From NCBI RefSeq assembly GCF_006345805.1, contig NC_042997.1, forward strand, positions 106,516,001 to 106,580,000: 64,000 nucleotides of DNA. The letters are read 5' to 3'. Positions 53,901 to 62,509 of this stretch are shown one piece after another. Source of the DNA: Octopus sinensis. Lineage: Eukaryota. Position 1 is the stretch's first letter. Each line of letters starts with the position of its first letter. Made by a program: the position numbers and the translations under genes. The notes beneath the pieces were generated by a model. That model saw nothing but the letters and a program-made list of their open reading frames with translations. It was not told the origin of the DNA and did not search any database.

Positions 53901-56900
53901 AAGAAACCTACCTTTTGTTAGTTTAATACGGCATGACATGATCTGCTCAGATATATCAGTTGGAAGCTCTGCAATGGAGGATACTAATGTATTCTTGAGG
54001 GCAAACCCAACACCAGATTCTCTATGCTCACCCTTAGGTAGGCCCCTCCAAAAGATAGTATATCCATAAGTAAGTTCATTTACTTGACCCTCACCAGAGA
54101 GACAAGTTTCAGAGAGTGCAACAAAATCAAGGGAATATTTCTTAAGCTCACATGCAATAAGTGCAGTATGCCTTTCTGGCTTCTTGTTGAAATTATCATC
54201 AAGTATGAGCACATTCTAACAGCCAAAATTCAAAGGATACACTGGGACACCTGCCAAGCCAGACCTATTCCCCTGACATACTCAAGCCTTTTTTGCCATT
54301 TACTGAATCTGTTTGAGACATTTTAGAGTAAGTTACAAGTGCATTTTTAGGTTTCTGCTAACCAACTAATTCAATGATTTTACTAAGATTTGGTATACAG
54401 GAAGTACCTGTACAGATGAATAATTTTCCATGGGTGTAGCTTGCACTGCACTACCCCCACCTATTGGCCCATAAAAACTTTCACCGGTGTGAGATGAAGA
54501 CTGACAAAACCAAGAACTTTCAAGGTCTCAGGTTTTATTTCGGAGATTTCCTTCTCCTAGGTAGATTACCAACCAAGGTTAAAGAGCTTCTACCTGCCCA
54601 TGGGGTAAGCTATCCCACTCCAGACACCAAACCGACACTCAAACACTCTACACAGTGATCAAATATCACTCCGGTTAATGAAGCAGAGTAGCTCACTGAT
54701 ACATAATAGAATAGAAAGAAAAGAAAAGTATATGTGATTTGCAAATGTAAATGAGAATTATATATACCTATAAAAAAGTAAAAGATATGCAATAAATATA
54801 AATATGTATATAAAAGTAAAAATATACATATATATATATACTAGCAGTATCGCCCGGCGTTGCTCAGGTTTGTAAGGGAAATAACTATAAAGCATTTTTA
54901 GAGAGTTATAGCCAAAAAATAGCAAAAAAATGGAAAAAAATGATGGTAAATATTTTTTTGAGAGTCAAAAAAGGATGGAGCTGCGTCCCCTAGACAGTTT
55001 GTGGTTCGTGTTTCCGATTCTCGACCCCATGTCGAATTTATCGATTTTTTTCAGAACTGGGGAAACTTTTCAAAATTTTCGCTGCGTTAGTTTTGAATTA
55101 TGACATTGGGCTATGTGTGTGTAAAGTTTCATCAGAATCGGTTGAAAGCCGTGGTCGGGGTGAGGGTACGAGAAAACAGACACACAGACAAACTGCCATT
55201 TATATATAGAGAGATATACATATAAAAAATTTTTAAATTAAAAAAATAAGAAAAATAAAATAGGTACAATGTGTGACAGGGAATGAAATAATTAAATATA
55301 AAGAAAAGTAAAAGATATGCAATTGAAAGATATAAAATAATATATATAACAGTAAAAAATACACAATAAAAATAAACATATATACACATATAAAAAGAAG
55401 ATATAGATATATTTACAGATATTTTGTTGGACAGCCATTCATTGTTCGTGAGTTCCTCTGTCCTTTGACAGGGCTCATTTTTCATCCTGCAGGGTATCCA
55501 AGAACACCCACCTCACCATGCAAGCCTGGTGGGATTGCCAGTTTATTCACAGACAACCCGACCGTATATTTAGTTCTATATTTAGGAGCTGAGGAATTAT
55601 GTGCATTATTTGCATTTGATGGATATTTGTCCTCATCTTGTTTCCTGTTAACACAACATTTTGGCTGATATACCCTCTGGCCTTCTTCAGGTGTCTTGGG
55701 GAAATTTTGAACCTGGGTTCTCATTCCTAAGGTATTTTTTGATATATTTATTTTTGTTGTTCAGGTCACTGCTTGGAATCAAACTCGGAATCTTGGGGTT
55801 AGTAGCCCATGCTCTTAACCACAATGCCAATTGCCCATGGGCATATGGCATAGTGGTTAAGAGCATGGCTACTAACCCTAAGATTCCGAATTTGATTCCA
55901 AGCAGTGACCTGAACAACAATAATAATAATAACAACAACATCGAAAAATACCTTAGGAATGAGAACCCAGGTTCAAAATTTCCACAAGACACCTGAAGAA
56001 GGCTGGAGGGTATATCAGCCGAAATGTTGTGTTAACAACAAACAAGATGAGGACAAATATCCGTCGAATGTAAATAATTTCTGGTTATGTTTGCACTGAC
56101 AAGCAGAGAACATGTTACAATGCTGACCATGAAATATGCAACTGAACCTTTTTAAAAGAATTTTTCTTTCTTCATTTCCTCAACTTCAGCACATGTGTAT
56201 ATTTTCGATAAATTAGTTTGACTTTAGCATCCCTTTCCAGTGTACACACTGGCTACTTGATAAAATCTTATATTATCCTTATATTAAATATATATATATA
56301 TATATGTATATATATAACGTCCGTTTTCCATGCTGGCAAGGAAAACGGACATGATGATGATATATATATATATATAGTGTGTTAGAGAGAGAGATATATA
56401 GTGTGTTAGAGAGAGAGAGAGAGAGAGAGAGATTGTTGTAAATGAGTGATACCAGCATATAGTGTTCTTCATTTCAAAGCATCCATGAAAGCACAGCCAT
56501 CCATGGAGAAATGTTACTTTACTTGGAAATAGGTGAAGGTTAATAGCAGGAAGAGTATCCCACCATAAAAAACAAAAATTGCCTCAACAAATTCCATCTG
56601 ACCCATGGAAGCTTCAAAATATGTAAGATGATGAAGAAATCCTACTTCAGTTGTTGAAATCAGGTAAGTTAATTGAAATTTATCTGGAAAAACTGTCAGT
56701 GAATCAAGAGATTACTTTCCTGTAACACTCATTAAGTCATGAAGACTATTTCTGATGAGATAAAAAGAAGTGAATCAAAATAACTCTTACTGTCATTCCT
56801 AAGCAGAGGAATTGCTTTTTGGTCTCCGTTACCTCATGATAGGCATGTTTTGTAGCTTTCTCTCGAACTGCCATGGCAGACCGCAAAGAATGCAATTTGG

Positions 56901-56910
56901 AGCAGGCATC
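9697..56910 (-). CDS. FPGS: Folylpolyglutamate synthase, spliced model of 12 coding exons (5' end incomplete or uncertain)
   Basis: Exons 56910-56791, 45099-44981, 39186-39072, 35889-35644, 32357-32280, 29575-29443, 25793-25734, 23155-23058, 18536-18487, 14023-13942, 11086-11023 and 10022-9697 all have AG/GT boundaries and compatible phases, totalling 1491 nt in one open frame. The product contains GTKGKGST (P-loop), SPHL..RERI.ING, EVGIGG.YDCTN, DH..ILG, KAGIFK, PGR, LDGAHT and TGSL.LVG, the FPGS/FolC motifs. Confidence 0.95.
11023..11086 (-). CDS. FPGS: FPGS coding exon ([21 protein letters not shown]), 64 nt
   Basis: ataattag|gaa acceptor and g|gtaagt donor. C.FD...F.PNL motif. Confidence 0.9.
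11150..11600 (-). mobile_element. Old Penelope-like element remnant (GIY-YIG endonuclease region)
   Basis: [11 protein letters not shown]...[20 protein letters not shown]...LHRLQI...EHI aligns by eye to the intact GIY-YIG at 43100-43430. Confidence 0.8.
12234..12567. repeat. Palindromic (fold-back) element with a (TA)n centre and (TA)n flanks
   Basis: 12241-12337 is nearly the reverse complement of 12463-12559, and 12381-12400 pairs with 12443-12462. Confidence 0.9.
12569..12946. mobile_element. Tc1/mariner-type MITE
   Basis: About 26-bp TIRs (cactaccgtcagaaattaattagcac / gtgctaattaatttctgacgcaagtg) with TA on both flanks. Confidence 0.85.
13942..14023 (-). CDS. FPGS: FPGS coding exon ([27 protein letters not shown]), 82 nt
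   Basis: cctcaacag|a acceptor and aag|gtaaat donor. RVL.F..TG.R motif. Confidence 0.9.
14220..14480 (+). mobile_element. RTE-like LINE 3' remnant
   Basis: LASGTR...[13 protein letters not shown]...[16 protein letters not shown]. Confidence 0.6.
14835..16860 (-). mobile_element. CR1/L2-like LINE, 5'-truncated and degenerate (RT and 3' end)
   Basis: [57 protein letters not shown] and FADD across ORFs 16074..16673, 15612..15842, 15345..15602 and 14837..15166. Confidence 0.92.
18487..18536 (-). CDS. FPGS: FPGS coding exon ([16 protein letters not shown]), 50 nt
   Basis: tttgatag|gcc acceptor and aa|gtacgt donor. The AC..WF motif follows LDGAHT, and phase 0/2 fits. Confidence 0.88.
20100..22680 (+). 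mobile_element. Highly decayed RTE-like LINE RT, interrupted by the 20.6-21.4 kb insert
   Basis: [14 protein letters not shown] near 20310. [13 protein letters not shown]...LLYANDLVL in ORF 21746..21928. Confidence 0.55.
20586..21432 (+). mobile_element. Possible solo LTR
   Basis: Starts TGT, then ATTGG and CCAAT boxes, TTTAAATA, AATAAA near 21332, and ends in ACA. No convincing TSD was found. Confidence 0.4.
23058..23155 (-). CDS. FPGS: FPGS coding exon ([32 protein letters not shown]), 98 nt
   Basis: ctctgcag|ga acceptor and aaa|gtaaga donor. PGR and LDGAHT motifs. Confidence 0.95.
23655..23870. mobile_element. piggyBac-derived MITE (partial); related copies at 57010-57235 and 59525-59760
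   Basis: TTAA-CCCTTTAGCATTCAGATTA terminus shared between copies. Confidence 0.7.
23956..24392. mobile_element. Inverted pair of a tRNA-headed SINE-like element carrying a hammerhead motif
   Basis: Minus copy 23956-24203 has a head with A-box TGGCGTAGTGG and B-box GAGTTCGATTCC. The headless plus copy is at 24204-24392. Confidence 0.85.
24266..24310 (+). ncRNA. Minimal type-I hammerhead ribozyme motif (stem I degraded)
   Basis: CTGATGA-a-GGCTG(10 nt)CAGCC-GAAA-CG-TT with a palindromic AACGTT stem III. Confidence 0.6.
25734..25793 (-). CDS. FPGS: FPGS coding exon ([19 protein letters not shown]), 60 nt
   Basis: caattag|gg acceptor and ag|gtaaat donor. Phase 1/1 fits both neighbours. Sequence similarity is weak (variable linker). 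Confidence 0.7.
26135..28138 (-). mobile_element. piggyBac-type transposon, internally deleted, with a SINE inserted near one end
   Basis: TTAA on both flanks and 14-bp TIR CCCTTTAGTGTTCA. Acidic N-terminus plus PLDY..KF...[13 protein letters not shown] (27464..27811) and C-terminal VNSYI..K..DHLKFR...C.LC (27105..27386). The DDD core is missing. Confidence 0.82.
29443..29575 (-). CDS. FPGS: FPGS coding exon (NPLYTVSG...[21 protein letters not shown]), 133 nt
   Basis: cttgcag|aat acceptor and g|gtaaaa donor. Q..N..LA.QLA..WL motif. Confidence 0.9.
31740..32262. repeat. 23-bp minisatellite (gaggtaaacgctcgcggttacca-type), more than 20 units
   Basis: Tandem units are visible directly, homogeneous in the centre and diverged at both ends. 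Confidence 0.92.
32280..32357 (-). CDS. FPGS: FPGS coding exon ([26 protein letters not shown]), 78 nt
   Basis: cttatag|cat acceptor and aac|gtaagt donor, phase 0/0. Fits the VPA.T..Q....VL..RA segment. Confidence 0.9.
32890..33320 (+). mobile_element. SINE-like element with an internal 66-bp tandem array; relatives at 37120-37440, 49665-50047 and 60870-61200
   Basis: Shared (CAT)n-TTTAACGTCCG..TTCCATG end. The gtgctttttac anchor recurs at 32984, 33050, 33116, 33182, 33248 and 33314. Confidence 0.75.
33320..34870 (-). mobile_element. RTE-clade LINE remnant (endonuclease to RT start)
   Basis: [24 protein letters not shown] 34166..34540 ([11 protein letters not shown]...SRPRVTW) and [19 protein letters not shown]. 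Confidence 0.88.
35004..35313 (+). mobile_element. Non-autonomous element, probably Helitron/Helentron-associated; copies at 54840-55214 (+) and 58412-58797 (-)
   Basis: Shared terminus ACTAGCAGTATCGCCCGGCGTTGCTCGGG with a subterminal hairpin, and the opposite end (AC)n...TTTATATATA(A/G)AGAT. No TIR or TSD. The class assignment is inferred. Confidence 0.5.
35644..35889 (-). CDS. FPGS: FPGS coding exon ([17 protein letters not shown]...AWQKAGIFK), 246 nt
   Basis: cccatag|aaa acceptor and aag|gtatat donor. Matches ORF 35575..35868. Motifs [21 protein letters not shown] and QKAGIFK. Confidence 0.96.
35945..36880. repeat. Purine-rich minisatellite gaagacaaagtg(ag)n, about 0.94 kb
   Basis: About 40 units with a fixed anchor and variable (AG)n. 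Source of the low-complexity ORFs 35890..36882. Confidence 0.95.
39072..39186 (-). CDS. FPGS: FPGS coding exon ([38 protein letters not shown]), 115 nt
   Basis: ttcag|t acceptor completes the split codon tg+t (Cys). atg|gtgatt donor. SPHL/RERI.ING motif. Confidence 0.95.
40174..42295 (-). mobile_element. Penelope-like element, 5'-truncated (RT plus GIY-YIG, one frameshift near 40845)
   Basis: ORF 40790..42247: [47 protein letters not shown] 40491..40751 is the GIY-YIG C-terminus. Confidence 0.95.
42296..43751 (+). mobile_element. Inverted partial copy of the same Penelope element (RT end, intact GIY-YIG, 3' pLTR)
   Basis: ORF 42420..43433 contains IIYVIKC..C...YVGST. It is the reverse complement of 40174-41627. 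Confidence 0.95.
43570..43609 (+). ncRNA. Minimal type-I hammerhead ribozyme, U3-A8 variant (mirror copy at 40315-40354, minus)
   Basis: AAGAAAT-TTGAAAA-GC(tacac)GC-GAAA-CCGG-TA-ATTTCTT: a perfect 7-bp stem I and palindromic ACCGGT. Confidence 0.7.
43877..44257. repeat. AT-rich palindrome with about 160-bp arms, probably paired Penelope pLTR fragments
   Basis: 43877-44035 is nearly the reverse complement of 44097-44257. Confidence 0.88.
44011..44074 (-). ncRNA. Type-I hammerhead ribozyme motif with a long stem-loop II
   Basis: CAC-CTGATGA-ATGACT...AGCCAT-GAAA-CGATTG-TA-GTG. Confidence 0.55.
44981..45099 (-). CDS. FPGS: FPGS coding exon with P-loop ([39 protein letters not shown]), 119 nt
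   Basis: ttttag|atg acceptor, tg|gtaacc donor and GTKGKGST motif. Confidence 0.95.
45195..45610. mobile_element. MITE with about 30-bp TIRs
   Basis: gggatcttttcggtttgaacggcagtttttt versus aaaaaactgccattcaaaccgaaaagatgccc. Superfamily not assigned. Confidence 0.8.
45700..46620 (-). mobile_element. Degenerate mariner transposase
   Basis: ORF 45829..46158 contains [10 protein letters not shown] and [27 protein letters not shown] lies upstream. Confidence 0.88.
48074..50990 (-). mobile_element. Internally deleted Gypsy-type LTR retroelement (gag and integrase remnants)
   Basis: Direct repeats at 48074-48174 and 50890-50990 begin TGTTGT on the minus strand. PBS at 50670-50658 and polypurine tract at 48188-48175. 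Gag-like ORF 49257..49550 and integrase [23 protein letters not shown]. Confidence 0.82.
50658..50670 (-). promoter_or_regulatory. Primer-binding site, probably tRNA-Thr
   Basis: TGGAGGCACCGCT is complementary to a tRNA 3' end ...AGCGGUGCCU-CCA, which I recall as tRNA-Thr(AGT). Confidence 0.65.
52530..54640 (-). mobile_element. RTE/BovB-like LINE, 5' half, degenerate
   Basis: ORFs 53724..54212 ([12 protein letters not shown]...VALSET, SIYAPT, GDFNAR), 53139..53606 (HLIDYIL, DHHLV), 52828..53031 and [10 protein letters not shown]. Confidence 0.9.
55568..56077. mobile_element. Head-to-head dimer of the tRNA-headed, hammerhead-bearing SINE-like element
   Basis: The minus copy ends at 55836 and the plus copy starts at 55839. 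The centre is the palindrome GCCCATGGGC. Confidence 0.87.
55988..56033 (+). ncRNA. Minimal type-I hammerhead ribozyme motif
   Basis: GACAC-CTGAAGA-a-GGCTG(10 nt)CAGCC-GAAA-TG-TT-GTGTT: stems I and II are intact. Confidence 0.65.
56791..56910 (-). CDS. FPGS: FPGS coding exon ([15 protein letters not shown]...LCLGMT), 120 nt
   Basis: Poly-T tract then cag|gat acceptor and aca|gtaaga donor, phase 0/0. Positionally equivalent to the DAVRMLNTLQTN exon, but the sequence is divergent. Confidence 0.75.
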
Positions 56911-57559
56911 CTGGTAAAAAAAAAAGTTCATGTGTGATTAAAACAATGAAGTATTTTAAGAGAATGGTCAAAAGAATCTGCAGATCTAGTTATTTAGTAA
57001 GTCTACTATTAATCCCTTTAGCATTTAAACCAGTGAAATCTGTCCAAAATATTCTAGCTGTTTTATGTTCAAACTGGCCAAATCTGACGTTTCACACCTG
57101 CCCTACAATGCCATTCAGAGAATAAACAATCACATTATCAAAACCTCAATGGTATGAAATAATGAATGATTAATTCAAAACAATGTGAATTAATGAGCAT
57201 TACATTTAACAGAGTAATATGAATGCTAAGGTGTTATGTGTACATGTTTTATATGTTAAGATGAAAATCTGATAAAGTACACACATCTTTGATGTCCTAT
57301 TTCTAGCATTTATGCTAGCTAAATATCTCTTATTATAAAAGGCAGATTTTATCTGCCTCCCTTTGTAACTTATAGAAATCTACAATATAGGATTTCTTCA
57401 ATTACAATTTACCTAGCATTTTTAAGAGTAGAATGCATCGGGTCATGCCAGGTCCAGTTTTTAAAATTTAAACTCCAATTAAGCAAAATTTACAGAAAAC
57501 TCACATTCTGGTGTGTATGTCAAATGTTTTTCTTAATGTGGTTTACACCACACGCAAAC

Positions 57560-58303
57560 GCACACACACACAAACGGAACGAATTGTTTCACTGACGCTA
57601 TCACCCTTCTCCTCCTTTGTCTTTGCAAGTTTGAGCTATTAAAGTGAAAACAGTGAATCCGACAGCGATAAAGAAAACGAATTGGTACCTGAATGGAGTG
57701 AAAATTTAAAAACTGTTTCTTTCAGTGATTTTTCTGAAGAAACTGCACCAAGCCACAGACTTTCCCAGAAGAGTAAAGCCTTAGACTATTTCTATTTACT
57801 TTTTCGAATGAGCCCATTTGAAATCATTACGGCAGAAACGAAACGTTACGCTAAACGTAAACAAAACGAAAGAAAGGATAGTTTGTTATTTCCCACAACC
57901 TTAAATGAAATTAAGGCCTATTTTGCCATAAATATTATTATGGGTATCAGAAACTTACCCAGAATAACAAATTCTATCGTAAAATTTTGTTGTATACCCA
58001 ATTGAATATTAGCTAATAACCCATTTTCTATAGCGATGTTTGAACAAAATTTAAATAATTTTATATATTGTTGAATTTACCTGTATCTACCTGCAATTAG
58101 AATTACTTTGTGACAAAAATTATAATATAGAATTGGTTGAGGACATTTCATTAAATTATCTTCCAAAATTCACGTTAATATATTGATAAATAAAAAAGTT
58201 ATTGTTGTTTAATGAAACCAGACTAAATTTATGATTACGTTAGAAATTAATTGAAACACATAAGGGGCGTAATTTGGTCAGAAATATAGTAACGAAAGGG
58301 TTA
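57560..58303 (+). mobile_element. piggyBac-type transposon remnant
   Basis: ORF 57682..58005 (LDYFYLLF...I.AET.RYA...TTLNEIKAYFAINIIMGI..LP). Terminus GAAAGGG-TTAA at 58303. The left end is unclear. Confidence 0.72.
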
Positions 58304-58972
58304 AGAAAAACCAAAAAATATTTTATTCTTTATAAATGTTGTATTCAAAATAACATTTTCTTTTAAGAATGTGTATATAACAAAGTATGTGTATATAACT
58401 ACGTGACTTATATCTTTATATATAAAAGTCAAGTTGTGTGTCTGTCTCCTACGATTTAGATTCCTTACTACTCCCACATTTTGCGGTGCAGTGTAACCAA
58501 AACCGGGTATCTTATAGTCGTGAGTCATATCGAGCCCTTCTGGGTATTAGCGCGCGTCTACGATGAGTCTACGATTTAAAAAATTTACCATCATATTTTT
58601 CCATTTTAATGCATTTTTTCGCTATTATATAAGGGAAGTAACTCTCTAAAAATATCTACGATGTGTCAACGATTTAAAAAGAAATTTACCTTAATTTTTT
58701 TTTCATTTTTTTCCTATTTTTTGGCTATAACTCTCTAAAAATGCTTATATAGTTATTTCCCTTACAAACCCGAGCAACGCCGGGCGATACTGCTAGTTAA
58801 CTTATAATTCAACATATATGGAGACATTGTTACAAAATTTGAATAATTTTACATTTCACTGGTTACCTATAATTAAGTACATGTACTTATCTGATGCATT
58901 GGTACCTTTTGTTTAGTTTGTTTCTCGTCTCTCAAGAGAAAAGCTGCAGAATATGAGTATTGCTTACATCAC

Positions 58973-59196
58973 CCTTTCATTACTGTATTTATTTTGAGAT
59001 ATTCTGTGTTTCTTTCAATTAATTTTAAATATAACAAAGAATTTAGTATAACAACTTAGTCTTTATTAAACTAGTGTTAGGAACATAATTTGTGACTAAG
59101 GTTTGGTGGAAGATCTTAATTCAAAACTTATGAAAACAAGACATTTGTACAACAGAGCCAGAGACAGTTTCAGCCAGGTTGGTATCGAAAGGGTTA
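58973..59196. mobile_element. piggyBac-type MITE; related copy at 13410-13575
   Basis: ccctttcattac ... gtatcgaaagggttaa ends. Confidence 0.7.
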
Positions 59197-59779
59197 AATA
59201 TTTCTAATGAAATATTTTCTATTTAGCTTTGTTTCCAAGATCTTTCTGGCCCATCTTTAACATTCTCTTTCATTTTACCTTTCAATTCCTTCTTTCATAT
59301 TATTATCCTGCAACACTCATATACTTCACCTTATTTCAGAGAGCTAATTGCCATTGTTCAAGAACAGTGAACAAAATCTTGTATCATCTATTAAAAAAAA
59401 AATCTTCAACATTGTGCTGTGATCTGCCATATAGATGGTTATAAGTGTTTTTGTTGCTCTAGCTGATTTGTAACACATCCAAAAACTCCTTCATTGCATG
59501 GTTGAAAGAGTATCCAATCAGAAAATCTTTAACTCATTAGCATTCAAATTATTCTGTCGAACATAAGACTTATTTATTCACATTGTTTTGAATTAATCCT
59601 GCAATATATCATGGCTTTGAGATTTTGATAATGTGCTTTCTTATTTTTAGAATGACATTGTTGAAGAAGCACATGAAGTTGGATTAAACCCGTTTTAACA
59701 CAAAAAAGGAAGAATATCTGGGTCTGATATGACCAGTTCAAATTCTAAGAGGGTAAAGAGTTTCTAGTCACCAAACAGA

Positions 59780-60070
59780 ATGAAACAAAGTTATGTACTA
59801 GTTCCAACACTTGTCTCACTGAGCTTGGCATTCGTGTTCCAAGAACTATCAACAATGAACAAACTAGGAGTAAAGAAAAGGTACTGTTTTGATAAAACAC
59901 TCATAAACTTCTCCAGGTTCCACCTACAAAACCTAACAAAAGACACAAAAATCACAAAACTTCAGTATGCAGATGACACAGCTTCATCAGCTCATACACA
60001 ACGAGAAGCAACAGTCAACAATATTACTTTGATTTGATCATCAATATCCAGAAAACTAAAGTGTTTGCAA
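59780..60070 (+). mobile_element. RTE-like RT fragment
   Basis: KQSYVLVPTL ... ITKLQYADDTA. Confidence 0.6.
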
Positions 60071-62509
60071 TGCTGGAATAATCAGGATAGGTTTAATGTA
60101 GTCTTTATAACTTATGTTATTGCTTTTATCAGTTGGACAAATGCAGTACCTGTGGCTGTTGTATGTATGTTTTTCTGTTATTTGTTTTTTTTTTTTTTTT
60201 ACCTTCTTAAGTCATGCTGACTCATAAAAGCCAGTTTCCTAGTTTCATGGCATATACATCCCCCACTTGGACAGGTCACCACTTTGTCGCAGGATTACTC
60301 ACTTTTGCCAGCTGAGTGGACTGAAGCAACGTGAAATGAAGTGTTTTGCTCAAGAACAAAACACACTGCTTGGTTCAGGAATTGAAACCACAAAATTTAC
60401 GATCACGAGTCCAACACCCTAACCACTGAGTCATACACCTCCACTTGTGAGTCATTTTGATTTCTTTCCCGTGTCTTCTGTATGCTCTCTAAATGGTGTC
60501 TTCTCTATGTGTATGTGTGTCATATGTTTATGTTGTTGAACGGGGTGGTTGATTATGTTTGTCATTGTCTAGTAAGCACAGTCACAGCTGTGTGGTTAAG
60601 AAGCTTGGGTTCAGTCTTCCAGTATAGTCCTGGACCAACTAAAGCTGTATGAGTGAATTTGGCAGAAGAAGACTGAAAGAGGCCCATTGTGTGTGTGTGT
60701 GTGTGCGCGCGCGCGTGCGCATGTGCGCGTGTGTGCACTGATCTTTTGGCTAGATATCACATGATAGTTATAAACAAGAACCACCATCATATAAGTGACA
60801 TTATTTGTTTCCAGTCTTCTGTGAAAAATGTGTCTGGCCAAGGGGAAATATTACCTATTTCTTTACCAGCACCGCCCCGACTGGCCTCATGCTGGTGGCA
60901 CGTAAAAAGCACCATCCGTTCGTGGCTGTTGCCAGCCTCGCCTGGCCCCAGTGCCGGTGGCACGTAAAAAGCACCATCCGATCGTGGCCATTTGCCAGCC
61001 TCGTCTGGCACCTGTGCCGGTGGTACGTAAAAAGCACCCACTACACTCACAGAGTGGTTGGCGTTAGGAAGGGCATCCAGCCGTAGAAACATTGCCAGAT
61101 CAGACTGGGCCTGGTGCAGCCTTCTGGCTTCTCAGACCCCAGTTGAACCGCCCAACCCATGCTAGCATGGAAAGCGGGCGCTAAACGATGATGATGATGA
61201 TTTACTACCCACAACAGGCTAAACACAGAGAGGACAAACAAGTACAGACAAATGGATTAAGTCGATTATATTGACCCAGTGCATAACTGGTACTTATTTA
61301 ATCGACCCCAAAAGGATGAAAGGTAAAGTTGACCTCGGTGGAATTTGAACTCAGAACGTAACGGCAGATGAAATACAGCTACGCATTTTGCCAGGCATGC
61401 TAACGTTTCTGCCAGCTCACCACAAAGCGAAATATTACCTTGCTTGAAAACAGGTGAGAATTGACAACAGAAAGGACAGCTGGCCATGGAAAATCTGCTT
61501 CAACAAATTCTCTCTGACCTATGCTAGCATGGAAAAGCAGATGTTAAATGGCAATGATAATGGTGGTGGTTGGTAAGAGAGAAGACTGAATACTGTTTAT
61601 TGTTTTGGAGATAGGTTTCAAAATGAATTAAAGAATTGGAGAAAGGAGGAAAGCCTCAAGCAAAGGGAAAGCCACACCTCAAGCTGAGTGTGTGAAGATG
61701 CAAGAAAGCTTTAAATTGAGAACAATAGTTAGGATAGTGCTTAGCAGATGGTATTTTATAAGATAGTGGAAATGTTATCTCAAAACTGATTAAGCATTCT
61801 TAGTTGTAGTCATGTCCCTCACTTTCTATAGAAAAAAAAAAAAAAAACAAGGATATTCTGATTCTGAACTCAGCCAGTATGTTTTGTATCTTTCACTGGT
61901 TTCAGTCATCAGACTGTGGTCATGCAGGGACACTGCCTTGAAGAACTTTTAGTTGAATTAATCAATCCTAGTGCTCAATTTTTTCCTAAGCCTATTACTT
62001 GTTCTATCAGTTTCTTTTGCCTGAACTGCTGTTTCAGAGACATAAAGACAACAATGTTGGTTGTGAAGCAGTGGTGGAGGACAAACACAAACACATTCTT
62101 TTATTCTTTTACTTGTCATTTGACAGCGGCCATGCTGGAGCACTGCCTTAAAAGGTCTTTTAGTTGAACAAATTTATCCCAGAACTTATTCTTTGTAAGA
62201 CTAGTACTTATTCTATTGGTCTCTTTTACCAAACCATGAAGTTAGAGATGTAAACACACTAACATTGGTTGTCAAGTGATGGTGGGGCAACAAACACAGA
62301 CAAAGACACACACACATATACAACAGGCTTCTTTCAGTTTCTGTCAACCAAATTCATTCACACGACTTTGGTTTGCCTGGGGTTATAGTAAAAGACACTT
62401 GCCCAAGGTACCACACAGTGGATCTGAACCTGGAACCATCTGGTTGGGAAGCAAGCTTATTACCACACAGTCACGCCTACACCTATATATATACATATAG
62501 ATGGAGGTG

